DNA of 53,101 nucleotides, taken from contig JBEIQI010000002.1 of the NCBI GenBank assembly GCA_040376605.1, forward strand, positions 1 to 53,101. Direction: 5' to 3'. Source of the stretch: Flavobacteriales bacterium. GTDB lineage: Bacteria; Bacteroidota; Bacteroidia; CAIKAF01. Under the pieces are notes generated by a model that saw only the letters and a list, made by a program, of their open reading frames with translations, searched no databases and had not been told where the DNA came from. Within the stretch, counting starts at the first letter, position 1; each line of letters starts with the position of its first letter. This document shows, piece after piece, positions 10,216-18,705 of this stretch. The translations under genes were made by a program, and so were the position numbers.

Positions 10216-10389
10216 GGGTTAAATTTAGTGATTTTGTAGATATGGCTAAATGCTGAAGGGCGGCAAACCCTTGAAGGTCTGTAAAATATCCAAGAGGTTA
10301 CGGTTTAATGTGAATTCCTTGCGGAATCAAGCCCGTTTGCACTAAATAGCATAGATAATTCTTCACGCCGAGGAACGGTCAAAAAATCG

Positions 10390-10397
10390 TATATTTG
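10390..10397 (+). promoter_or_regulatory. Bacteroidota -7 box (TAnnTTTG) upstream of dnaG
   Basis: TATATTTG lies 9 nt before the ATG at 10407. This argues against the TTG at 10395 as the start. Confidence 0.3.
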
Positions 10398-10406
10398 AAG
10401 GGTAGA

Positions 10407-12359
10407 ATGATCTCGAAAGAAACCATAGATGTTATTAAAGAAACGGCCCGTATTGAGGAGGTGGTTGGTGATTTTGTGATGCTCAAAAGAAGAGGGGTGA
10501 ACATGCTTGGTAGATGTCCTTTTCATGATGAGAAAACTCCCTCTTTCACGGTTTCTCCTACTAAAGGAATTTATAAATGTTTTGGTTGTGGTGTTAGTGG
10601 AGATAGTATTAAGTTCGTCATGGAACATGAACATTTTACTTATCCAGAAGCACTGCGATATGTTGCCAAAAAGTACAATATTCAAATAGAAGAAAAGGAA
10701 GTAAGTCCTGAATTTCTAGAGGAACAATCGGGAAGGGAGTCCTTATTAATGGTTAATCAATTTGCCGAGAATCATTTTATAGAGAATCTTTGGGAACATG
10801 AGATGGGGAAGGCTATTGGGCTCTCCTATTTTCATGAACGTGGATTTACCGATGAAACCGTTAAGAAGTTTAAACTCGGATTTGCCATAGAAGAATGGGA
10901 TTATTTTTTAAAAAAGGCAACCGAAGCAGGCTATAAATTGGAGTTTTTAAAAACGCTTGGTTTAGTTACCTCGGGAGAAAGGACAGTTGATATGTATCGG
11001 GGAAGAGTCATCTTCCCGATTCACAATTTAAGTGGAAGGGTTGTTGGTTTCGGTGCTCGAATTTTAAAGACCAACGAGAAAGCCCCAAAGTATATTAATA
11101 GTCCCGAGAATGAGGTTTATAATAAAAGTAAAATCGTTTATGGGATTTATTTTGCTAAAGCTTCCATCATAAAGAATAATAGATGTTTTTTGGTTGAGGG
11201 GTATACAGATGTAATTTCTTTACATCAGGCAGGGGTAGAGAATGTGGTATCATCATCCGGAACTTCCCTTACAACCGGCCAAATTGATTTAATTAAACGA
11301 TATACCCTTAATATTACTATTTTATATGATGGGGATGCCGCAGGCATTAAAGCATCCTTTAGAGGTATTGACATGATCCTCGAAAATGGAATGAATGTGA
11401 AGGTGGTATTATTTCCTGATGGAGAGGATCCGGATTCATATGCAAAAAATCATTCACAGGAAGAGTTGGAATCTTTTATCAAAGAAAACGAAAATGATTT
11501 TATAAAGTTTAAGGCAGCCGTTTTAATGAAGGATGCGGCGACGGATCCTATATTAAAAGCTGCAGCCATTAAGGATATTGTAAATAGTATTGCGCTTGTT
11601 CCAGACGGAATTTTAAGGACTTTGTACATTCAACAATGTAGTGAATTGATGAATGTTCCGGAAAATACCTTAAATAATGAGCTTAATAAAATTCGCCGAG
11701 AACTTACCCGCAATAAAATGCGGAAAGATGGTTGGCAAGAAGAAGAAATCATTCCATTACCAACTCAAGAACCTCATGAAAAACAAATTGAGGAAATTGT
11801 GTTTAGTTCAGAACCTCACGAAAAAGAAGTACTCCGCTTGTTGTTAAATTATGCAGGTGAAATCATTCAATTTGAACAAATGAGTGAAGATGGGGCTATT
11901 GAAATGGTGGATACTACCGTGGGGCAGTATATTACTCAAGATATTTTGACAGACGAAATCTCCTTTAATAATCCTCTCTATCAACTTATATTTGATGAAG
12001 TTACAGAGTTGGTGGCATTGCATCATTACGAAGGTTTAACAAATCATTTTCTGCATCATTCTGACGAGGAAATTAGTAAGTTTAGCATAGATCTGTTGAC
12101 TCAAAAATATGAGGTAAGTGAAAATTGGTTGAATTATCATAACATCATTATTACTACCGAACTATCACAAATGACTAAAACGGTGTTTAATGTTTTATAT
12201 AATTTTAAAGCAGCCAAGTTGGAGCAGATGATCGAAATACTTAGAAATAAACTAAAGGATGAAGAGGTGGATAGTATTCAATTGTTAACGGATATTCATG
12301 ATAAACAAACCATTAAAAAATCATTGTCGAATCGGTTAAGTGTTGTGATATGGAAATAA
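10407..12359 (+). CDS. dnaG: DNA primase DnaG
   Basis: CHC2 zinc finger CPFHDEKTPSF...CFGCG and TOPRIM motifs EGYTDV and DGDAAG. Start taken at the first ATG (10407), not the TTG at 10395. Confidence 0.9.
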   Translation: MISKETIDVIKETARIEEVVGDFVMLKRRGVNMLGRCPFHDEKTPSFTVSPTKGIYKCFGCGVSGDSIKFVMEHEHFTYPEALRYVAKKYNIQIEEKEVSPEFLEEQSGRESLLMVNQFAENHFIENLWEHEMGKAIGLSYFHERGFTDETVKKFKLGFAIEEWDYFLKKATEAGYKLEFLKTLGLVTSGERTVDMYRGRVIFPIHNLSGRVVGFGARILKTNEKAPKYINSPENEVYNKSKIVYGIYFAKASIIKNNRCFLVEGYTDVISLHQAGVENVVSSSGTSLTTGQIDLIKRYTLNITILYDGDAAGIKASFRGIDMILENGMNVKVVLFPDGEDPDSYAKNHSQEELESFIKENENDFIKFKAAVLMKDAATDPILKAAAIKDIVNSIALVPDGILRTLYIQQCSELMNVPENTLNNELNKIRRELTRNKMRKDGWQEEEIIPLPTQEPHEKQIEEIVFSSEPHEKEVLRLLLNYAGEIIQFEQMSEDGAIEMVDTTVGQYITQDILTDEISFNNPLYQLIFDEVTELVALHHYEGLTNHFLHHSDEEISKFSIDLLTQKYEVSENWLNYHNIIITTELSQMTKTVFNVLYNFKAAKLEQMIEILRNKLKDEEVDSIQLLTDIHDKQTIKKSLSNRLSVVIWK

Positions 12360-14296
12360 GAAAATTGGTTTTAGGTTTTGGGGCATTTATGTTCATGTTA
12401 AATATTACTTCTCAAATTACTCCGCATTTGGATAATCTTTGTGAGGTTTCTTGTATGGAAGGGAAACATCGTGAGGACTTATTTGACGGGGTTCAAAGGT
12501 CATTAGTGCCCAATGTATATGATTTGAAATATCATGAAATCTATCTTGAAATTGATCCAGCCGTTGCATTTATTACTGGAAAAATTACTTCTACTTTTTT
12601 AGTTACCGGGATGAATGTTGACACCATTGTTTTTGATTTAAGAAATGGTTTAATTGTAGATTCGGTTCGGGTGATTGGATTGGCTTCCACATTTGCACAG
12701 ATTCCCGGTGATGGACTTAAAATTGATCCTGCCACAAATTTGATTCAAGGAAACACGTATACTACTCTTGTGTATTATCATGGAGTGCCTGGAGGCGCAG
12801 CTTATTTTGAGGATCATGGACCATCAAATATTCCGGTGGCCTGGACTTTATCGGAGCCCTATGGTGCCAAGGATTGGTGGCCATGTAAACAATCCCTCAA
12901 TGATAAAATTGATTCGATTGATGTAATTGTAAAAACACCGGATACTTATAGAACTGCCAGTAATGGAATATTAAAAAGTGAAATTTCAGCAGGAGGATTT
13001 AATACCTGTCATTGGAAACATCGCCATAAAATTCCTGCTTATCTGATTTCATTTGCGATCACCAATTATTTGGATTATTCTGATTATGTGCCTTATTCGG
13101 CTACCGATTCAATACAGGTGTTGAATTATGTTTATCCTGAAAATATTTCTACTGACATGACAGCATCCTCAAGTATCAGGGATCAAATGCCCGTTTTTAA
13201 CGAACTTTTTGGACTGTATCCTTATGCCGATGAAAAATATGGACATGCCGTTACTAATATTGGCGGGGGAATGGAACATACTACCATGTCTACCATGATT
13301 GGTTTTAACTATGAAATCATGGCTCACGAAGCGGCACATCAATGGTTTGGGGATTTGGTAACCTGTAAACGTTGGGAAGATATTTGGCTCAATGAAGGAT
13401 TTGCCACCTATTGTACAGGTATGATTTATGAGAACTTATTTCCAACGGTTTATTGGCCAGTTTGGAAAACGAATAATTGGAATTATGTAATGAGTCAACC
13501 TGGGGGATCAGTAAAAGTAAGTGACACCGCTAATGTTGGAAGAATTTTTAGTAGCAGATTGTCTTATAGCAAGGGAGCTTATGTATTACATATGGCCAGA
13601 TGGGTTATGGGAGATACTGCCTTTTTTGAAGCTGTAAATAATTATTTATATGATCCTTTATTGAACCATGGTTACGCTATAACCGAAGATTTAAAGGCAC
13701 ATTTTGAAGCTACTCATGGAAGCAGTTTGACTTATTTTTTCGATGATTGGTACAGCGGAGAAGGTTATCCCACTTATCAGGTAAATATGGACTATAGTAC
13801 CCTTGGTGATGGAGGTGTAACTTTTACCTTGAATCAAACGCAGTCTCATCCATCGGTATCCTTCTTTGAATTACCGGTTCCCATCAAAATTTTTGGACCC
13901 TTTGGTCAAGACACCACCATTGTTTTAAATAATACTGTGAATGGCGAACAGTTTACTGTTTATCCTGGATTTTGGGTAGATAGTATACAGTTTGATCCGG
14001 AAAAATGGATCTTGGCCAAGTTGTCTGGAATTACTATTGGTATAGAGAATGAAATAAGTTTTTCGGCAGCCATTTATCCCAATCCGGTTAATGATTTTTT
14101 ACAAATACAACTTCAATCACCTACTGGAGAAATTACCATAAATGTGCTAGACTTGAGTGGTAGAATGGTTCAGGCCCATCGATTTGCAGATGGTACAAGT
14201 TATATGTTGGATGTGAATCAACTTTCATCAGGAACTTATATTCTCGAACTAATTTCAGATAACGCTGTTTTGCGAAAGAAGTTTATTAAACAATAG
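12350..14296 (+). CDS. M1-family zinc metallopeptidase (aminopeptidase N-like) with T9SS C-terminal sorting domain
   Basis: GGMEH, HEAAHQWFG (HEXXH) and WLNEGFA. The C-terminal ~80 aa (IYPNPVNDFLQIQL...GTYILELISD) are a T9SS CTD. Confidence 0.85.
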   Translation: MEIRKLVLGFGAFMFMLNITSQITPHLDNLCEVSCMEGKHREDLFDGVQRSLVPNVYDLKYHEIYLEIDPAVAFITGKITSTFLVTGMNVDTIVFDLRNGLIVDSVRVIGLASTFAQIPGDGLKIDPATNLIQGNTYTTLVYYHGVPGGAAYFEDHGPSNIPVAWTLSEPYGAKDWWPCKQSLNDKIDSIDVIVKTPDTYRTASNGILKSEISAGGFNTCHWKHRHKIPAYLISFAITNYLDYSDYVPYSATDSIQVLNYVYPENISTDMTASSSIRDQMPVFNELFGLYPYADEKYGHAVTNIGGGMEHTTMSTMIGFNYEIMAHEAAHQWFGDLVTCKRWEDIWLNEGFATYCTGMIYENLFPTVYWPVWKTNNWNYVMSQPGGSVKVSDTANVGRIFSSRLSYSKGAYVLHMARWVMGDTAFFEAVNNYLYDPLLNHGYAITEDLKAHFEATHGSSLTYFFDDWYSGEGYPTYQVNMDYSTLGDGGVTFTLNQTQSHPSVSFFELPVPIKIFGPFGQDTTIVLNNTVNGEQFTVYPGFWVDSIQFDPEKWILAKLSGITIGIENEISFSAAIYPNPVNDFLQIQLQSPTGEITINVLDLSGRMVQAHRFADGTSYMLDVNQLSSGTYILELISDNAVLRKKFIKQ

Positions 14297-14334
14297 AAAC
14301 TGGCAATTATCATTTTTTTACTCATTAACCAACC

Positions 14335-14342
14335 TACTTTTG
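14335..14342 (+). promoter_or_regulatory. Bacteroidota -7 box (TAnnTTTG)
   Basis: TACTTTTG lies 22 nt upstream of the ATG at 14364. Confidence 0.35.
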
Positions 14343-14363
14343 TAGTAACCATTTAAATTGTCT

Positions 14364-15641
14364 ATGACTCCCCAATATATTACTGCAGAAGAAGCCGTTT
14401 CAGTTATTCAAAGCAACCAACGTGTATTTATTCATGGGGCTGCTATGACACCCTTGGTTTTAATCGACGCTATGGTGGCCAGAGCCAGCGAATTGAAAAA
14501 TGTAGAGATTGTTCATATGCATACAGAAGGGGAAGCGTCTTATGCGGATAATCATTTAAAAGAATCTTTTCACACTAATTCTTTTTTTGTTGCCAATAAT
14601 TTACGCAAGTCGGTTAACGAGGAAAATGCAGATTATGTACCGATATTTTTAAGTGAGATTCATTTACTTTTTAAAAAGGATATTCTTCGGCCAGATGTGG
14701 CGTTATTGCAAGTTTCTGCGCCGGATGCTCATGGATATTGTTCGTTGGGGGCTTCGGTGGATGTTGCCATAGCTGCAGTTCAAACCGCTAAAATTTTGAT
14801 TGCAGAGGTAAATGAAATGGCGCCTAGGACTCATGGAGCAGGAAGTATTCATATCAGTCGATTTAATTATTTAGTAAAAACAGATCATCCGTTATGTGCT
14901 CATTATCCGGCCGTACTTTCGGAAAATGATAAGAAAATTGGAAAAAACGTAGCCTCACTTATTGAAGATGGAGCAACTCTGCAAATGGGGATTGGCGCTG
15001 TTCCTGATGCTGTTTTAACGGAACTTGGTGGGCATAAAGGATTGGGAGTTCATACCGAAATGTTTTCGGATGGGATTATTCCATTAGTACAGAAGGGAAT
15101 AATTACCGGAGAAAACAAAAAAGTTTCGCCCGGCAAAATGGTCACCTCATTTGTATTTGGTTCTCAAAAAATCTATCAGTTTATCCACGATAATCCTGCT
15201 ATTTCGATGCGTGAAGCATCTTATACGAATGATCCGGGGATCATCCGTCAGAACCCCAAAGTAACTGCCATTAACTCTGCCATTGAAATTGACTTAACTG
15301 GCCAGGTTTGTGCCGATTCCATTGGACCTTATCAATTTTCGGGTGTCGGTGGTCAATTGGATTTTATTAGAGCTGCGGCCTTAAGTGAAGAGGGAAAGCC
15401 TATTATAGCGATGGAGTCGGTCACCAGAAAAGGGGAAAGTAAAATTGTTCCATTTTTAAAAATGGGAGCCAGTGTAACTACTACCAGGGCCCATATTCAT
15501 TATGTGGTTACCGAAAATGGGATTGCGTTTTTATACGGAAAAAACTTAAGGGAACGGGCAAAGGCACTTATTGAAATTGCACACCCCGACCATCAGGAAG
15601 ATTTGACCCGGCAAGCTTTTGATAGGTTTCGGCACCTATAG
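14364..15641 (+). CDS. Acetyl-CoA hydrolase/transferase family protein (4-hydroxybutyrate CoA-transferase-like)
   Basis: About 425 aa with family-typical segments GIGAVPDAV, EMFSDG and SGVGGQLDFIRAA. Start set at the first ATG after the TTG at 14358. Confidence 0.8.
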   Translation: MTPQYITAEEAVSVIQSNQRVFIHGAAMTPLVLIDAMVARASELKNVEIVHMHTEGEASYADNHLKESFHTNSFFVANNLRKSVNEENADYVPIFLSEIHLLFKKDILRPDVALLQVSAPDAHGYCSLGASVDVAIAAVQTAKILIAEVNEMAPRTHGAGSIHISRFNYLVKTDHPLCAHYPAVLSENDKKIGKNVASLIEDGATLQMGIGAVPDAVLTELGGHKGLGVHTEMFSDGIIPLVQKGIITGENKKVSPGKMVTSFVFGSQKIYQFIHDNPAISMREASYTNDPGIIRQNPKVTAINSAIEIDLTGQVCADSIGPYQFSGVGGQLDFIRAAALSEEGKPIIAMESVTRKGESKIVPFLKMGASVTTTRAHIHYVVTENGIAFLYGKNLRERAKALIEIAHPDHQEDLTRQAFDRFRHL

Positions 15642-15664
15642 AAATAATTATAAACCTACTTTGT

Positions 15665-16315
15665 TTAGATTCTATTGATCTTGCCGTTGGTGAACTCAAT
15701 ATTATAATCTCCTTCCACTCTGAAATATGAACTATGGGGAATATCATCAGTAGGAAACCATCTTCTTTTTTCTTTGTTGAGAATAATAAAAAGTCCATTT
15801 TCATCGCCGGCAGCGCAGAATACTTCGAAATCGCCCGAATATATTGGTAAAGGTTTAACCTGATTGATATGATGAAAGGTACGTTCCATGTTATTCACAG
15901 GGAGTCCAATTTCACTAATACATAATAAGCTTTCGGGACGAAATGGATTATTGCTTTCTATTTTTAAATTTTTTCTGGCAATAAATTCTACAATATTATT
16001 GTCCTTGTCATAGAAGTAAATAGCTTCAGCATTCCAATCGTTGAATTGTTGAATTTCTTTCATATCATCCGTAAGAATTTCAACCCTCTGTTTGAGCCAG
16101 GCTAATGCTTCTTTTATTTGATTGGATGGAATATTAAATGCAAAATGATAGGGTGTGGAGGTTTCCCGAAAATAAAATGAAAGGATAGAGGTCCCAATTT
16201 TAAAACTACTATGGTCTTCGGTTTTCTCCATTAACTTAAAACCCAAAATATCCTTATAAAAGCTGGTTTGTTCTTCCAGTTGGGCGGTGTATAAAATAAG
16301 TCTATTAATTCTCAT
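15665..16315 (-). CDS. VOC (glyoxalase/bleomycin-resistance/dioxygenase) family protein
   Basis: The N-terminus MRINRLILYTAQLEEQTSFYKDILGF is typical of VOC folds. Start at Met12 of the ORF (ATG 16315-16313), overlapping the upstream stop by 11 nt. Confidence 0.55.
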   Translation of the reverse strand: MRINRLILYTAQLEEQTSFYKDILGFKLMEKTEDHSSFKIGTSILSFYFRETSTPYHFAFNIPSNQIKEALAWLKQRVEILTDDMKEIQQFNDWNAEAIYFYDKDNNIVEFIARKNLKIESNNPFRPESLLCISEIGLPVNNMERTFHHINQVKPLPIYSGDFEVFCAAGDENGLFIILNKEKRRWFPTDDIPHSSYFRVEGDYNIEFTNGKINRI

Positions 16316-16784
16316 TGATGATTTCTTTCCATTTATCCGTTTCAGCAAACTCCTTAATCACTGCATTTCTCTCTAATAAAAATCGGGTCATATAATTTTT
16401 TAAAAAGAGAAAGTTGGCAAATTTACCTAAAATTCCCAAGGGAGCTGTATAATCGAAAATATCTGCCATAATTGTTTTGGAATGTTTTTCCTCAAAGTGA
16501 TGGTGGTGATGAAATCTTTTAAAGGCCCCAAAGACTTGTTCATCGGAAAAATGGGTTGGAGATGTTACTTTTGTTATCTTGGAGTGGAGTTGCTGCCTTA
16601 CACCTAAGTGCACGGCTTCCCAGGTAACCGTGTCACCTTCTTCTACCAATCCGGTTGTTCTTCCAGAAATAGCTTTCTCATGGGTCTTTTGGGTAGTAAT
16701 CATATGTAGATCTATACTTCTTGAAAGATCAAAACATCGTTTCATTGGAGCGTTAATTTCGGTTGTAAGATGAATAATGGGCAT
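16305..16784 (-). CDS. SRPBCC-superfamily (START/polyketide-cyclase-like) protein
   Basis: 159 aa. The N-terminal pattern IHLTTEINAPMKRCFDLSRSIDLH resembles SRPBCC ligand-binding proteins. This is pattern recall only. Confidence 0.5.
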   Translation of the reverse strand: MPIIHLTTEINAPMKRCFDLSRSIDLHMITTQKTHEKAISGRTTGLVEEGDTVTWEAVHLGVRQQLHSKITKVTSPTHFSDEQVFGAFKRFHHHHHFEEKHSKTIMADIFDYTAPLGILGKFANFLFLKNYMTRFLLERNAVIKEFAETDKWKEIINEN

Positions 16785-16878
16785 ATATCAAAACTACTAA
16801 AACTTATGGACACCTGACCGAGGAACCTAATTGAGTATTTGTAAGCCTAAAGACCTTATCATTTTGAGGGGCCTTTAT

Positions 16879-16922
16879 AAAAAGAAACCCTTAATCATCT
16901 TAATTTGATGAATAAGGGTTTC
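16879..16922 (-). terminator. Rho-independent terminator closing the SMC-like operon
   Basis: 16-position stem with 15 pairs and 1 mismatch (16884-16899 with 16907-16922) and a 7-nt loop. On the minus strand it is followed by UUUUU (16883-16879), 19 nt after the stop at 16941. Confidence 0.75.
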
Positions 16923-16940
16923 CAACGAAATCTAGAAATG

Positions 16941-17477
16941 CTAATTATTAGTAGGCTCTACCTCTTTGCTTCTGCTTTTTGCTAATTCAATAGCAAATTC
17001 TATAAAAACCTTGTAAGCAGAGGTAAAAGTAAAACGATCCTCAGTTACCTTTTCTACAATGTGACGACGATTCATGGCATTAACTAAGGTTCTTCTGGCA
17101 TCAGAGTCCTTTAATTGTTTATTTGACAAGATCAAATCAATAAATGAAGAATTGTCAAACATCCGATCAACCTCTTCCATCTCAAATTCACTGTATTGAA
17201 TTTGATCAAGAAAATTTCTCCCATCACGGTCTAACTCGTAACAAATAATAGCGAAAAATATACTGATATCTCTGCTCAAGGTTTCTTGTGTTTCCTGAGA
17301 AATAACATATGCGAAATCATTGGTTACATTTAAGGTATAACCAAATGATTCTTTAAAGAAACTTGCATAAAATGCTTCATTTTCTTTAAGGGATTCAAAA
17401 TATTTTACGGAAGGAAGGATAAATTTACCTGCCATTAAATCTTCAACAATTTCTTTATGATTCTTTGGATATTCCAT
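16941..17477 (-). CDS. MukE/MksE/JetB-like (KITE-type) small subunit candidate
   Basis: 178 aa. The N-terminal LMAGKFILPS...FYASFFKESFGYTLNVTNDFAYVISQE matches my recollection of the MksE/JetB (DUF4194) pattern. It is the third gene of a tight operon behind an SMC-like ATPase. Confidence 0.5.
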   Translation of the reverse strand: MEYPKNHKEIVEDLMAGKFILPSVKYFESLKENEAFYASFFKESFGYTLNVTNDFAYVISQETQETLSRDISIFFAIICYELDRDGRNFLDQIQYSEFEMEEVDRMFDNSSFIDLILSNKQLKDSDARRTLVNAMNRRHIVEKVTEDRFTFTSAYKVFIEFAIELAKSRSKEVEPTNN

Positions 17478-17495
17478 ATTTGAATAATTTGATAA

Positions 17496-18680
17496 TTAAT
17501 TAAGTATTTTGATTTTTGGTACTGTCATTTTCGAATGTTGAGTTTTAATCTTCACCTTAGAGCCTTTATCTGAAAATTCTTTTTCTAGGTCTTCCTCAAA
17601 TAATAGGGTACACATGGCAAAAAATTTATCCGCATCTACCTCGTTAAACTCATCCATTAGTTCATTTCTGCACCAGGTGAAGAAATCCTGAACAGGTACT
17701 TGTTCTTTTAGTTTAGCTTTTACATTGGTTTTATTAAAAATCCATTGTTCATGTGATTGTGGATCTTCCTCAATAAATACCTCTTCTTCATCCATAAATT
17801 GTTCAAAGAACTCCTTGGTATGAAAGAATAGATTTTTGCTGTATGCAGCACTTCTTCCCGATTTAAGAAGCTTGGGTGTTGTTACCTTATATGGGTTTCT
17901 TAAGAACTCAATCCAACCTGTTAAGATCATCGATTCTGTTCTGATTCTCTCTATTAATGGAAGAAGCTCGTTGGTGAGGATTTTTGATTGACGTAATAGA
18001 TCATCGTTGGTTTGAATTAACTGGTTGTATAATTTTTCAAATTGAGTACGAATACCTTCCTCATCAAAATTCAACCTTCTTTGATTAGCAAAATCAGAAA
18101 TTTCTAATAATTTGTTAGCTACCGAATCTGGATGGTTTACATTTAAAACTGTATTTAAAGGAATGATGTAATATTCAATCCAAAACGAAGCTTTATGAAC
18201 CTTTACCCGATAGTCAACTTTATCTACATTGGCTTTAAGTTCACGTGTTTCATGTAATAAACGTACAGTGTTTTTCTCCACTCCATCTAAAAATTCCCGA
18301 ATTTGTGTCTGAAGATTAATGATCCTTTCACTTAAAATCATTTTATCTCCATTCACTCCATCCTTTATTTTACGATATAATTCACTCATGCTCATGAAAT
18401 ATTTCTCGAATGTTTCAGGAAGCATGGGTTTAAATTCGTACAAGATGAATTCCATTAATTTATAATAGACATCTCTTAATTCATAGTCCGAATTAATCGA
18501 GCGAAGGATTTTATAGTCCTTAAACTGCTGTGTAATGTCGTGGTCATGACGACTGCAAATATCACTCAACTCCTCATGTCTGATAATACCTTCTTTATTT
18601 TGAATGGTATATAATTCTTTAATGATGTCGTAGTAATTTGCTAAGAATCTTAAAATACTAACCGGTTCTGCCTTTATCAT
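17496..18680 (-). CDS. Kleisin-like (MukF/MksF/JetA-position) subunit candidate
   Basis: 394 aa, predicted helical with an acidic C-terminal half. It lies between the ATPase and the MksE-like gene (gaps of 25 and 18 nt). Assigned by position and architecture only. Confidence 0.4.
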   Translation of the reverse strand: MIKAEPVSILRFLANYYDIIKELYTIQNKEGIIRHEELSDICSRHDHDITQQFKDYKILRSINSDYELRDVYYKLMEFILYEFKPMLPETFEKYFMSMSELYRKIKDGVNGDKMILSERIINLQTQIREFLDGVEKNTVRLLHETRELKANVDKVDYRVKVHKASFWIEYYIIPLNTVLNVNHPDSVANKLLEISDFANQRRLNFDEEGIRTQFEKLYNQLIQTNDDLLRQSKILTNELLPLIERIRTESMILTGWIEFLRNPYKVTTPKLLKSGRSAAYSKNLFFHTKEFFEQFMDEEEVFIEEDPQSHEQWIFNKTNVKAKLKEQVPVQDFFTWCRNELMDEFNEVDADKFFAMCTLLFEEDLEKEFSDKGSKVKIKTQHSKMTVPKIKILN

Positions 18681-18705
18681 TTTTTTGATGGTTAAATGTT
18701 AGACA

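Noticed and set aside
10305-10685. 126-aa minus-strand ORF overlapping the 5' end of dnaG.
   Set aside because: It is antisense to the strongly supported primase zinc-finger region. The translation has no motifs and an odd composition, so it is a shadow ORF.
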